Part shown: positions 48,457 to 62,775 of the stretch, in pieces | Numbering within the stretch: the first letter of the stretch is position 1 | Layout: every line of letters starts with the position of its first letter | Source: Azolla caroliniana | Taxonomy: Eukaryota; Plantae; Polypodiophyta | Length of the DNA: 64,000 bases | Assembly (NCBI GenBank): GCA_043228905.1 | Contig: JBHGNT010000010.1 | Location: forward strand, 5,704,001-5,768,000 | Direction: 5' to 3' | Translations under genes and position numbers: made by a program | The notes under the pieces: generated by a model | Seen by the model: the letters and a program-made list of their open reading frames with translations, nothing else | What the model was told of the DNA's origin: nothing | Database searches by the model: none

Positions 48457-48583
48457 GTACATACATACATACATACATAAATACATACATACATACATAA
48501 ATACATACATACATACATACATACATACATACATGCTTTACTTACATTATATTTATTTACATGTGCATGGTTTGTGGATAGTG

Positions 48584-48616
<33 letters not shown>
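48457..48616. repeat. (CATA)n and (GA)n microsatellites immediately upstream of the APP2 ATG
   Basis: Read directly from the sequence. Confidence 0.9.
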
Positions 48617-48618
<2 letters not shown>

Positions 48619-48643
48619 CAGAGCCTTTGTCTCTGCGGCCGCC

Positions 48644-48997
48644 ATGGCCCCGCCCACCTCAATCTCTCGCTCCTCATCCATCCTTCTTCGTCCCTGCACA
48701 CTCCATGCCCTACTACTATCCTTCACCCCACCATCGCTCTTTCTCAACCCTAATCGTCCTCGTTGTTCTCCTTCCCTTGCCGCCTGTAAAAACAGATGTA
48801 TTTGTATCACTGCGACATCGACTTCTCCTCCTCCTCCTCCTCCTCCTTCCTCTTCTTCTTTCTTGGCTGAACCGAGAAGAAATTCGAAGAAGCAAGAAAG
48901 GTCTCGTCCCCCTGATGAAAAGCTTGTTAAGCTCAGGAAGCTGTTTGAACTCCATGGCTTTGATGCTTATATCATCCCCTCACAGGATCCACATCAG

Positions 48998-49060
<63 letters not shown>

Positions 49061-52000
49061 AGCACACTACATTTTTTATTTATTTCGTGTGCATGTGGGT
49101 TTTATAGTACGTATGCTGAGTACAAATAATTGTTTCATATATGTATGTAAGTGGGTATGTATGTATGTACTTGAGTGTGTATATGACCCCTGGACACACA
49201 TAATTGCAGCATTATATTAGATTCATTTGTAGATGTTGTGACCTGCAATATCCTATATAATGTTGAAGTTCCATGACTTGAAATTAAGTCATATCATCTT
49301 TGATCAAATGAACTGTTATTGGAAATTGTAGTTTGTCATGTGGGTACTTAATCTACTTTAAGTCAACTTGTATAATCATCAGCTCATCTAGCTTCTAGTG
49401 TATGCCAAAAGATAGTGAACTCCACAATGTATGGGCCTTTTGTATTTCTAATCTCTTCTAGTTAGGCCAGTGCTGTATACACATATGTCATAATGCCTTG
49501 AGCCATGCCAGTGATCATCTGTTACCTACTATGCTATAAATGTTTCAATCGGCATAATAACTCTTCCACATCATTGTGCAAATAAGCAAGTTATGTCTGT
49601 CCAAATTCCAGAATGGCATTGTTAGAAATCTTGGCCTTATTTAAGTAGAATTAATAAATCTAGAGTCAAATCGTACACAGCATGTCAATGGTGGGCTGAC
49701 TTTAGTATTGAAATTTTGGATTTTCATAGAGTGAGTACAGTGCCGACTGCTTCATGCGCAGAGCATATATCTCTGGTTTTACGGGGTCCGCAGGGACAGC
49801 AGTTGTTACAAGGAAGACGGCTGCACTTTGGACTGATGGCCGCTATTTTTTACAAGTACAAGCCCTTATCAGTCTTCAATTTTGCAGACAATTCTTTTGA
49901 AACAATCCACTGCATTGTTTCCCTTCTGACTATAATTGTTTTGTCTCTATAGGCAGAGAGTCAGCTTAGTTCAGATTGGCAGCTCATGAGGGCAGGAACA
50001 GCTGGCACCCCATCGTATGAGGAATGGTTGAGGGATCAATTGCACCCGGGATCCAAAGTTGCCATTGACCCTGTAAAGGCTTCTATCTTTAAAAGAAGAA
50101 AATAATCCACTAGCACAGTATGAACACTAATCTGTGAAGAATCAAATGCCTAAAATTTTATAGAGTTACTTAGTTTTCTATCCTTGTGTTCAGTTTCTGT
50201 TTTCCTCGGAGGCAGCTTCAGAGCTGAAAAGGTACCTGCTTGAGAAAGATCACGACCTTATACTTCACAATTCAAACTTAGTGGATGAGATATGGGGCGA
50301 AGCGAGGCCAAGCATACCTTCCTCGCAATTAAGAGTTCATGATATCAAATATGCTGGTATTGAAGTGACAACAAAGCTCCAGAATTTGAGGAAAGAGCTG
50401 TCTATGGCTGGTGCCTCTGCTATAATTGTTACAATGCTAGACGAAGTTGCATGGTTGTTCAATCTGGTGAGCGAATATGTTATTTGATTTGTTAGTATAT
50501 TCAATTTTCATTCCATTTTGTAAACTATTGTTCATTCTTCTCTTTCTTTTTCAATATAATTTATTGTAATGTGTATTATATTATGTGCAATAGAAGGTGC
50601 AAAAAACCAGCACCGCTGATAAAAAAGATAAAGAAGCCACAATCCATCTTTTAGTTTGCCGAAGAATATAAAGCCAATGCAAAAAAGGAATTCCTAAAAC
50701 TTAAGATGACTAAAAGACACCTATGGAGGCATTGCTCTCTGAAGATGTAATGTGCAGCCAGAAGGTTAGAGAGCATATCAAAGACTTCATAGAGGCGAAC
50801 AACTAGCCGTTATCAAAGACAAGAATTCAATCATCCTCTCCCTTCTACAAAATGAACATCAGAATGTTCATAGCATGTCCTCTTAGTATATTCTTATTCT
50901 CTCTACTTCCTACCTGCTGTCATCCACATCTCATGGCTTGAGATGTTCAAAATGAGAGGACTTGATCACAATTTACTTTCCTGATAATTAAATTTGATTT
51001 ATTACAGCGTGGTAATGATGTGCCCCACAATCCTGTTGCCTATGCTTATGCTCTTGTGGAGCTTGAGAGTGCGACACTTTTCACCGACCTATCAAAGATC
51101 TCAGATGAAGTTTCTTTGCACCTGAAAATCGCAGAAGTTTCTGTCAAGCCATACACCATGATTCTATCTGAAGTAGAAAGGTGAATATTCTATAAGTAGT
51201 TCTCTCTGATCCTTAACTATTGGAATTTTTTGAGGAGTTATTTATGTGATCTTCTACAGCTTAGCAGCAATGGGGTGCAAGCTATGGTTGGATACATCTC
51301 GTGCAAGTGTTGCAGTCGTCCATACTTTTGAGGATGCATGCTCATTATATTATGAAAATTCATCAAGTAATAAACAATCACTGCAAGCCAGAGATGGATC
51401 CAGAACTTCCGAGTATAGACATGAAAAGAATGGTCCTGCTGCTTTGCACAGAACTTCTCCAATAACCTTGGCTAAGGCAAAGAAAAATTTGGCAGAACTT
51501 GAGGGTATGAAACAGGCCCATTTAAGGTTTGTTAGGCATTGGCTATATTTTATTCTCCTTTGTCTGCTTCTGTTGCCATAACAAATCATGAAATGTTTAA
51601 CAGTACGTATATGAGTCCCTCCATATAGGGCATTTAAATAAGTAGGAATTTGTAATTAATATTAAGGTTATATATTTTTTTGCAGAGATGCTGCAGCTCT
51701 AACAGAGTTTTGGACTTGGCTTGAGAATACAATTGTAATGGAGAAAAGAACACCCACGGAGGTAGAGGTGGCTGAGAAACTTCTAGATTTCCGATCAAGG
51801 CAGAGTGGTTTTCTTGATACAAGCTTTGATACTATTAGTGGTATTTATGCTTTAAGATTATGATTGCGTTTTGTTTGAATGCAAATTTTGTACTTCAATG
51901 CATCAAAACATTTTCTAAGTTTCATATATTGGTGAGGTTTTCAAGAGTTCAGTAAATTGAAGCTTGTGAGGGTTTCTCTTTGTCTCATATTTAGAACGAA

Positions 52001-55000
52001 ATTATGGAAGAGAATAGAATCCCGTTCCATGACCATTGAAATTCTTGCAGGCTATACTTAGGGGGGAAAAAATAAGAGAGAGATTTAGAAGAAAAATATT
52101 AGTGGCACACTAAGTGAGTAGTAACAATTATGGTTTGTATACACAAAATTCTCATAATGTTGGATAGGTAAGGGTAATAAATCAAAGGCATGTCATGTAA
52201 GTGTTGCTCCTGTCTAAAGGAAACTCATCATATGCACCAAGATATAGGCATAACCATAGGGACCGATTCTGAGGCTAATTTCAATGGTTTAGGGGTAGAA
52301 TAAGTGGGAAACAAGTTATCCCGGGAATTAGAACAAACCCATAAGGACCTATGACACGTGGGAACACATGGTGGTTTTGGAGCCCAAGGGGCTGGGCTAT
52401 GTAAAGGAGACAAACTACCCCCTTCATTATGGTATCTTAAAACTTTGTTGAGACACTGTTGGTGAGGCAAAGCTCTCTTCCTTGAGATCCGTTCATCTCA
52501 ACCCCCAGGTATAGCGTAAGGTAGTATTTGGTGGTGGTATGGGACACCTTTGGTATTTTAGGTTCGTCTCTTGTTTTTCGCATGGGCTGGCCGTTGTGGT
52601 TAAGAACTCTTAAATCATTCTTTTCTTAATCTTAATATTCATTGCATTTCATTCATATAAAAATTTGTAATACATCACTCTTAGTTATTGTGATTTCATC
52701 AAGAAACTCACGTGCACCAATACTTATCAAAGTTGAGCTTAAAGAGTGTTGTATAAGCTCAAAGGATATACTTTGGGATTTTTCTAGTCCCTATGCTTTA
52801 AATATTGGATGGGTAATAAGTCAAAATTATGCCACATAAATGGTACCCTTATCTGAACAGGAGTCATTATATGCACCACTCCCTATCTATCATGATTTCA
52901 TGAGACAGCACCAACTTTCACCGATACTCATCAAAGTCGAGCTACTTATCCAAAATACATCAACAGTGGCGATTCAGTTGATGCATGGCTGCATTTGGGC
53001 AGTTATATTGGATGGCGTTGTCAATTGCAGTATGCAAGTGATCAAATGCTCTAGGCAAGGTAGGGTTTTTGAATATTCTTGTGTGTATAATCTGGGAGCT
53101 CTTTCTGCTCTCCTTGGAAGCTAATAACCTGGGCATTGACACTGATCACCATCTCAATATATTTTCAGCATCACTATTCCATCATACCACAAGAGTTAAA
53201 TACATACTGTATCCTATGATAATGAGAAGTACCTAAAGGATCAGGTAGCTAGATAGTCATCCAGACCATATGGCAGCAATAATAGTATTGAATGATTATA
53301 CACTCATCTGATGACTGTACCAAAATGTCCCTGGGAGACATGGCAAATTCCTGGTTGAACCAATCTTCATCTCGAATCAGCATGTCATTATCTGTATAGT
53401 TTTGGTACTTGTGCCCCAGTTCTTGATGAGACTGTTGTTAGCCAGCAAGAAACTCAGAAAAGATTCAGATTAATGCTGTTTCCATTATTGAAGTTTTTCT
53501 GTGCACACAATAAGTTGAATAGGCAAATGCCATATGTCTTTTGAACCTACATCTTTCATGTGCATAAATTAAAACCAGAAGCCAATTGGAAAGCTAAAAG
53601 AAAGCTTGAACATGTGAATGACTTTGTCTGTACAGAGTCCAGATATTGACAGTTTCATCTAACTGTACTGATGGATGTAGTCTAACTGCTGCCCCCATGT
53701 GCATGCTCCATTTATGTTCTGATTTCCTCCATTTTTCTCGTGAGCTAAGTTCAAGGTTTTTTGTTCATATCTCTAACCTAAGGCTCCTATAAGGTATTAT
53801 TAGCATGGGATGCTTCTAGTCCTCTAGACTAGACGACGGAGGTGAGTTTTTCTAGCCTTCTTATGTTGTTAAATCACATAAGTAGTGTCCTATTTATTTT
53901 CAACCCTCACAGACTTTAGTCTACTGTTTATATGCATCCACTGAGATTAATGAAGCCTGAGCTGCTCCAATGTGTCGTGTAGAGATGTGGTTAAACTTAT
54001 TACCAGGTCTGTGACCTGTCACATACTTTTTGAGTGTCAACTAGTGATATGTCCCAAAATGGTGCATTATGTATCTGAGTGGGTCCCATGTGTTGGAGCT
54101 TGTATAGATAACAAAACCTTTTGACAATGATATTGGGTATGATGAATTACATTGCAATGTGAGTTGATTTTATATCAAATACACTGCTACATGAGTTCTC
54201 TTGATAAAAGACAGCATCTTGGAGAATGATATTGGGTTATGATGAAATACAGTGCCACATGAGTGAAAGAAAACATGTCATGTGGAATACCTCCAACATG
54301 ACTTTCTTGGATCTAGCTTGTTTCTCTCATTTTCATGTTTTAAAACCTGTCTCAAGTTTATGGATTTTTTATTTATTGTATGATACTGATCAAGTTTATA
54401 ACCAATTGGAACATGGGCATTGTATTTACCTTTTTAATTTAATGATTAATCATCATACATATCATTTTTCTGATAGAATAACGGATGTTTTCAGTGTGCA
54501 TGAATATGTGTTTTTGAAATTTAAGTGTGAAATATATCAATCATTGAAACAGAATTGCCAATAGGTGGGCAACGGCATAATCGAAATATATTAATCTTAC
54601 TGCTCAGGTGCTGGTCCAAATGGTGCTATCATCCACTACAGGGCAGAGCCTGAAAGCTGTCGAACTGTGGATGATAGACATATGTTCTTGCTGGATAGTG
54701 GTGGACAATATATAGATGGAACTACTGATGTTACAAGAACTGTTCACTTTGGAACTCCAACAGCTCACCAAAAGGAATGCTATACTCGAGTTTTAAAGGT
54801 ATGGACTTCCTCTCATTAACATTGTGTATTTGCAGATGAACCTCGCCTACTATTTTGGCCCCTGCAATATTCAAACATGGCCTTTTATTACAGGGACACA
54901 TAGCACTAGACAAAGTCGTTTTTCCTGAAGGCACCCCTGGCTTTGTGCTTGATGTCTTAGCACGTTCATCTCTGTGGGAAATAGGATTGGATTATCGGCA

Positions 55001-56392
55001 TGGTATTGGACAAACTTTTTCATCAAGGAACATCCAAAATGGAGTGAAAAACTGACCTCTTCTTGCCACACAGGAACTGGTCATGGAGTTGGGGCTGGTC
55101 TTAATGTTCATGAGGGGCCCCAAAGCATAAGTGCTCGGTTTGGCAACATGACAGCTCTAGAGTGTGGAATGATTGTGAGCAATGAGCCTGGTTATTATGA
55201 GGATAGATCATTTGGCATTCGCATTGAGGTGATTGCTATCATATCTCCTTCCATATAATTACTCAAGTTTTTTTCTCAATTGATATTGCGGGTGGACCGT
55301 ATTATTAATGGGACATTTAGTTGATACATTGATTTTGTCATATGTCGAGAGATTTTAAAGTTTGTTGATTTGGAACCCTAAGCTAGTTTTTGGTTGGTAC
55401 TAGAGAATTTTTTGGCTGATGAGGATCAAATTTCTATGCTCATGATTAGCACTTTTGACTGCTCTGCTTTCACATCTGTCATTTGAGATGATCTTTACTT
55501 GAACTTGGTATCAATATAAGGATTCCAAATTTTAGTCTTGTGATGGTTCAGTTATGCACTGATAGTGCTCATTTTAGAATTTACACTAAATCTAATTTAG
55601 GCAAAAAAGAGTTTATGTGCAGCTCATTGATAGAAGGCTCTTCAGTATGATATGAAATTTCCCCTCGATTCCTGATGTGCAGAACTTATTAGTGGTTCGA
55701 GAAATAGACACTCCAAACCGATTTGGGGGAACTACCTACCTTGGATTTGAGAAGCTGACATATGTCCCAATTCAGGTATTTATGCTGCCTCCTTTTTTAA
55801 TGTTTAAAGCAGTATCAATAGTATGAGTCTTTCTACTCGCACATCCCGGAGGGGATATAAGAACTTTTCTGCCCAAGGCATGATCAGGGCCCCCAGCCCA
55901 TACTGCCTCTTTTCAAATGGATAATTAGAGGTCGCTCAAAGTTGGCACTTCTTCCTAAAAGGGAAAGGAATAGAGATCTCAAAGTGGGCTTGTTTGATCG
56001 ATTTTTCCATTGAGATTTTGCTCAATCAATAAACTCAATATGTCTTGTACTGGTTGAGATTTTTATTCTGCAAGAAAATGTGAGTAAGTTGCATGTTGTT
56101 TGACCAGACAAAACTAATAGAAGTGTCATTGTTATCGGACAATGAAATCAAGTGGATTAACGACTATCATCAAGAAGTTTGGGAAAAGGTAATAATCTTC
56201 GATGTTGATGATAAGATCAATTTGCGTCTTTGTTTTAACTGGAAAGTGAGATTATGGCCTCGTAACTCATATCTGGTTTCATGCAAGGAAAAGATCAATT
56301 GTTGAACATTGCACTTTTAACAGGTTTCTCCTTTGGTTCAAGGAGATGCATTGCAATGGCTCAAGCAAAATACCCTGCCCTTTTTCACATGA
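48644..56392 (+). CDS. APP2: Xaa-Pro aminopeptidase P (M24B), APP2-like with an organellar transit peptide, ~721 aa; exons 48644-48997, 49730-49855, 49953-50072, 50194-50466, 51008-51180, 51260-51526, 51686-51840, 54608-54798, 54894-55002, 55074-55228, 55683-55775, 56108-56188, 56324-56392
   Basis: [80 protein letters not shown]. All 12 introns are GT-AG with consistent phases. The N-terminus is S/R/P-rich. Confidence 0.95.
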
Positions 56393-59208
56393 TCCAATGT
56401 GAAGGTTTTCTATCTATTCTTCCTCATTTATCTGATAATTCTATATCATATTAATATTGGATTTCATTTTATTTCATCAGTTTTATTTATTTTTAGTAGA
56501 AAATATCTCAGCTAATGGTAACACCATATTAATGATTAAGTAGCTAATAGTAAAATCATATTGATGATTAGGTAGCTAATGGTAAAACCATATTAACCAC
56601 TGAACAAATCATTTTAGTGTAATGGTAAAACCAAATTCTGACATTTAGAAATAGGCTTTCTGTAAACATATCACCAGACAAACTGTGGTAAAATGAGATT
56701 TCCAATGGGTTGGAAGATAATTAGAAGTTAGTACATAGAATAAACTCCGTTTTAATATGAAATCTCTATTTGTCATATACCAACATGCATTAGAATACAC
56801 ACTAAATGTACTCTCCTTTATATCACACTTTCTTTTTTATTCATTCATTCACGCTGTATCATACATAATAAACACACGTTTAGTTTATGATTTTGATGAT
56901 GGACTTTGTAAGACAAAGGTCTCAAATTTTTCTTAATCATGTTTTTATTGATATTATTTCCGGTATCCTTCCATCCCATGTGCCCTTTTTAAGCTTGTGG
57001 CACCTATCTGACTTGTTTGTAGTGAAGTATATGATGTGGCACCTATCTGACTTGTTTTTGTTTTGCTGGCAGATTGTGTTTATCCCCTTTCTGTGATGTA
57101 CCACATCATGAAATTTGTATTTATAAACCATAGTTCTTCAATAAAAAAACTAATGCAAGAGCTGTTCTCTCATTAAGAAACAATTGTGTTTCTACTGTGA
57201 ATGTATCATTGCAATCATGTATTTATTAAATTAATTGGATATATCATTTCTACCATGAATTTGTCATTGCCATTTATAAATTGTATGCAGAGTTTTGGCT
57301 TCTCTAATGAATACACCTTTCTGCGTCCTTGTTTTGAATTCACGGAAAACATGAGAGTTGGGTTTATTTGAGTTTAGTGGAGACTCCATAAGTTATGGTG
57401 TCAAACCATGAGCTCTGGGTCTACTAATTCAATCATTTCTGATTTCTTGCTCTTATCTACTGTATGAGAGTTCTGAACATATTAGTATGGTATACAATAG
57501 CATGTGATTTCTTTTTGTTCACTTTTGGTTGGAAGTTCATATTGTTAATAGTGTGAGAGATTTTGTATATATTGCTTAAGGCTAACACATCACACTGGTG
57601 AATAATTACAGCTCATTCTGCTTTCTCTTATTCTGGTTCTATTTCTCGTTTCAAGGTCAGTTTCTAATATGTTTAGGAGTAGGTGAGAGGTTCCTTAGGT
57701 GAAAGCACATGGGAATATAAGGGAACCTCTTAGTGGCATCTCTGGTAATTGACAATGCTAGGGGGTGGGTTGTCTAGTCCCTTAGCCTCCACTGAACTTT
57801 TTTCTTCTCGAGGAGCCAATTAATAACGCTTCATTAGCACTAAGAAATGAATCTCATTAGCTATGAACGTGTAGTTCCATATCGAGTATTGTCAAAAAGA
57901 GGCAAATTAGGTTATATTTTGAAGCTTTTGATACATAGGTGGATTGACAATCCTTTCTGATGTTGACACATGTTGGACATTAGGAAATTTATCAATTGTT
58001 TTGGTCAATTTGGATTCATTTCTTTTGTTTTTCAAGATGAAGCAATTTTTACAGTCACTTTCATTCTCTGTGATCAGTGAGACATTTTGCCATGTGAAAT
58101 CAAAAAACAAGTTTTATGCATAGCTTTCATTCCACTCATTGGGTTATCGGTACATACATGATACACATTGCTAAAAGAGGGCACTCAATATTTTACGTGT
58201 ATGAGTTACTACCCAGCAAATGACTGTGCTTGAGCACAATGAGGACTGCCATATGGAAGAAATATGTTATTATAGAAAACATGTAACTGCAATAAAATTC
58301 TACTCAATGTCAAACACCTGAAGAAAGGAAAGATTGATAAATTGGCCATTCTCTTATTATGGGGAGCTGCTGGGAATCACCTAATGTGACAAGCTGATTC
58401 CACAACACACTAGAAAATTCAAATGTACTTCATGTATGTAGTTGCCTGAAATTTGTTCTGTCATATTAATCTTTTCCATATCCTTTATAGTTCTGATGTT
58501 GCAACAGCATTTTTCTCCGTCTTCTGCCTTTGAGTTGATTTAACTGTTCTTGTTGAATGTTTGCCACTCAAACTAGAATATGGATGTGAAAGATAACAAA
58601 TTGCAGTAATTTGCTTTTATGTCGCATGCCCATCTTCCTCGGCTATATAGACATATTCATGAAAAGAGAAGCAAATAACTGAATTATTTCCTCCCATCAA
58701 AAAGCTTTTTCATACACCTTAAGCTGAACTTCAAGACCGTCCTTCCACATCATGAACATGAGAACATGTCATTAAATGTTACATGCCAGCAACTGATGCA
58801 AGTGAGGACGAAAAAATCAATATTTCATAAAGAGTATACCTCATTTAGGTGAAAACTCATTACTCCTAATCATTGGCAACCTGCAATAAAATGAATCCAT
58901 AACTTAGAATTTGGATATGTTGCCATGTTATACACTATAAATGTTATAATACGATATAGTAATAGTGATCATTTACAGCATTTGAAAGAAACATGTGCAT
59001 GCTATGTGACTTGTCATCACACCATTAATTTCCCCATGGTTTTGTTTTGCTTGCGACATAACCTATCATTGATATGGTCTTTCATGTCCATCTCTGTATT
59101 TAGCTTAGCCGTATGAATATGGCATATATCTTTTCAAACTGAACTTGGAGTATGTCTCTCATTCAAAGTATACTTAACGAATTTTACCAAACCCACTTTT
59201 CTCACAAG

Positions 59209-61104
59209 TTACACATTGCCACACAATCTAAGTTCTTGCAGTTTATTAAAACATCTCAACATGCTACCATCAGAGTATACATCGTGCATCAAGAAGCATT
59301 CATTGGCATCAAGATTATCTTTCTGTCGAACTCGTTCGAAGCATCGTTTCCCAATATCAAGGTTACCAAATGTTCTACCAGCAGTAAGCAAAACTCTACA
59401 ACCATTAAGATTAACATTAAATGCCAAAAAAACCTTCTCAGCCTCCTTCAAGTGCCCAGTACGTGCGAGAAGATCTACCATGCAGATGTGATGTTGAATA
59501 GTAGGCATGATATTGTAGTCATCTTTCATGAGCTTGAAGTACTTATATCCTTCATCAACTAGCCCTGAATGACTACAAGCAGTTAGAATACAAACAAATA
59601 TAGCTCCATTTGGCTTTATGCCATCATACAGCATTTCATGGAAACAGTGGAGAGCACGGTCCACATCGCCAGAGTTGGAATATCCCTCAATCAGAGCACC
59701 CCAGGAAACAACATTCCGAAATTGAAGCTTTGTAAGCAATTTATGTGATTCTCTTGTGTTACCACACCGTGCATACATATCAACTAGTGCATTCCCGACA
59801 ACAGGATTTTGTATTCCACTTCTCATTAACTGATCATGAATGACCATACCATCTTCTGAAGCACACATGATGCCACATGCTTTTAAGATAATCGAAAAAG
59901 TGTGGGCATTTGGAGTTGTTCCTTCTTCCTCCATCTTTCGGAAGCAATCCATGGCAATAAGCCCATCATTATTTTGAACTAATCCTCCGATGATTGCAGT
60001 CCATGTTATAACATCTGTTTTTATACCATCCTTTTGCATATCCTTAAGACATTGTAAGGCAAGGTCAAGATTTCCATGTCGAGCATATCCTGAAATTAAT
60101 GCATTCCAAGGACCCACTTCTCTGACAGGGAATTTTGTCAGCACATATTTTGCATCCTCGAGGTTTCCACACTTACTATACATATCAACTAGAGCAGTTC
60201 CTAGCTCACGCACAAGGTATAGATTCATTTCTATGATCTGAAAATGGATGAGTCTCCCTTCATTCAGGGAGCTGATGCTCCCACATGCTTGCAATGCACT
60301 TGAAAATACCACTTTGTCTAAACTTATTCCCTCTTTTTGCATGTTTATATAACAATCAAGAGCCAGAGAACCGGTCCCATTCTGGGCATACCCAGCAATT
60401 ATTGATCCCCATGATATTAGATTTGGTGTTATTCCATCTCTCTTCATGTCTTTGAAACACTTCATAGCAAGATCCATATCACCAAATTGGGCATAACCAG
60501 CTATCATAGCATTCCAAGATACAATAGTCCTATATGCCAACCCTACAAAGACTTTATAAGCATCTTCCAAGCTACCAATGCCACATTTTGTATAAACATG
60601 TATAAGTGCATTTCCGACCATAACATCATGATATAAATAACTTTTTTCCATTATAACATGATGAATAAGCATGACATAAGTGAGTGAAGCCATAGAGGAG
60701 GCTACGCAAGCTTTTAAGCCAGCAAGACATATACATTTATTAGCATAAAAACCATCAAGAATTGCCTGATAATATAGTTGTATTGCAATGCTAGACTGAC
60801 CAAAGTCTGCATATGCTGAAATGATAGAACTCCATGTGTATACACTAGGTTTTGATACAATATTAAAAATAAACGTTGCTTCCAGGAAGCTTTGCGATGA
60901 GACAAAAAGCCGAATAAGATGATTGCATAAGATTTCAATAGAACCCAATTCAGAAAAAATAATAAGAGATTGAATACGCCTGATGGGTTGTATATCTTTG
61001 GCGTGTCCTTTTGCGCATGCTTGTAGAAGCTCGTAAGCTTGTCCTTTCGTTATTCTAAATCCTTTGAGATGTTCCTTCTCTGCACATCTGATGGCATCCC
61101 ACAT
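59209..61104 (-). CDS. Single-exon PLS-class pentatricopeptide repeat protein (~631 aa) with a degenerate E domain and no DYW
   Basis: Repeated VSWNAMIAGYAQ/GNALVDMY.KCG/ILKACG motifs and ILTACSHSGLVDEG..HHICMVDLLARTG. First ATG at 61104. Confidence 0.92.
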   Translation of the reverse strand: MWDAIRCAEKEHLKGFRITKGQAYELLQACAKGHAKDIQPIRRIQSLIIFSELGSIEILCNHLIRLFVSSQSFLEATFIFNIVSKPSVYTWSSIISAYADFGQSSIAIQLYYQAILDGFYANKCICLAGLKACVASSMASLTYVMLIHHVIMEKSYLYHDVMVGNALIHVYTKCGIGSLEDAYKVFVGLAYRTIVSWNAMIAGYAQFGDMDLAMKCFKDMKRDGITPNLISWGSIIAGYAQNGTGSLALDCYINMQKEGISLDKVVFSSALQACGSISSLNEGRLIHFQIIEMNLYLVRELGTALVDMYSKCGNLEDAKYVLTKFPVREVGPWNALISGYARHGNLDLALQCLKDMQKDGIKTDVITWTAIIGGLVQNNDGLIAMDCFRKMEEEGTTPNAHTFSIILKACGIMCASEDGMVIHDQLMRSGIQNPVVGNALVDMYARCGNTRESHKLLTKLQFRNVVSWGALIEGYSNSGDVDRALHCFHEMLYDGIKPNGAIFVCILTACSHSGLVDEGYKYFKLMKDDYNIMPTIQHHICMVDLLARTGHLKEAEKVFLAFNVNLNGCRVLLTAGRTFGNLDIGKRCFERVRQKDNLDANECFLMHDVYSDGSMLRCFNKLQELRLCGNV

Positions 61105-62775
61105 CAAAACCCTAATTTGTAAAGAATACAAACCCTAATACTTTACTGTTCTGTGTAGATCCGATGCATGGGATGCCTGAGAAACCCTAATTTATCTTTA
61201 CTAAGTAATTGTAGCGTTATTTTAGAAACCTTAATAAATCTTTGATAGTGAGATATATTGTATTTAAAATTCCTCAATTATTCGTATTGATGATATAGGT
61301 TGTGTGTGAACCCCTAATTCATCTTTACTGATGATTTGGGTTAGATGAAACTCTAAATTAGACATAATTTCCCGTTGGGTGGATGATTGCCCATATCTAA
61401 AACACCCTGGAATTGTTTTGGGCCTTCTAAAGCTAAACAGAAGCACTTAATTCGTGGCTCTGATGGAATGATAAACACTAGCAAGATCTTGGAATTTCAT
61501 GCGGTTTTCCCAGCATCAGAAATAGGAAAATATGTATGTATGTATGTTAATATCAGAAATAGGAAAAGCTTCACAAGAGTTAGGTCCTATTTGGGAAGGG
61601 GAAGTATGAGAATTAGAAATTGCTGAAATGGGTTTTCATTTATTTCTCCAAAATGCCCCTTAGAGTAACATCAGTATTTCCCCAGCAATACCATACATCG
61701 GACCACTTAGGACTAACTAATACTTGTAATGTGTTTGCAAGTAGTTTGTCGCCTTCCATGGCAGTATAAATGTAATAAGAATGAACATTGCCATATTCCC
61801 AAATCAAATGCTTAAAACAATTCTATAAACATCATGGCTTGCCGTCATAATCATATTATAATCAATTCCAACAAGCATAAATGATCAGGTTATGCATAAC
61901 CTTGACACACCTGAAGCATCAAAACCTTTGGCAAGTTTGTCACATCATACATTACATGTATGCAATGCAACCTACTCCACATTCGTTAATGTTGAGCACA
62001 TTGAAAAGATTACAAGGTTATTATTCCATCCTTGTGTTAATGTGTTCCATCTAGATGTATGATAGTATTATCAGCAGCTACATCCAGATTATCATATTCA
62101 ACATTTTACAAATGTTTCAGGTCCTACTGTGCTTTGGGAAGATGATATTCAGGTGAGTTTTGCATTCCCGGAAAACAAAAGCTCACCAAAAAATGCAAGC
62201 AAAAAGAAACAGAAGCCACATAACAAAGCTCTGACAAAAACAAACTGTTTGCAAGCGAAATAAAATGTTGTCCAGGCATTTTACTCACAAACACATTAAA
62301 TGGGCAGCATATGCACGTGACTGGGCCATCAAATAAAAAATCCAGTACTATTTGGAAAGAAGTAACGTTTCCATCATTCATCAAAACCACTATGTTGATG
62401 GGAACGCTCTTCAATTGGAAAAATCCAAATTACTGACTGCACTCAGCGTATTTAGTAGTAGCTCAGCTAAATGGGTTTTTCTGAATGTAGCAAATAAGGA
62501 AATGACATTTTTTACATTTACACATACAAAACCCACTGAGATAATGGGTCATGAAATATATATCTACAAGCAAAAAGCGTTATTTGGATTTTTTTCCAAC
62601 GGAAAGAAAGTATTTCTTAGCCACAAGGGAAAACATTGTCTCGCTACAATGGCAAAGCTTTCTTTGGTTTTTCAATGGAAGACATCTTTGGACTACAATG
62701 GCAATAGAAAAACTTTCCATGGAAATACTTTCTTCAGATTCTCAATGGAAAACCATTTATTGTTTAGCCATTAAA

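Noticed and set aside
52191-52701. Solo LTR in APP2 intron 7
   Set aside because: The composition is LTR-like, but I could not find matching termini with a TSD.
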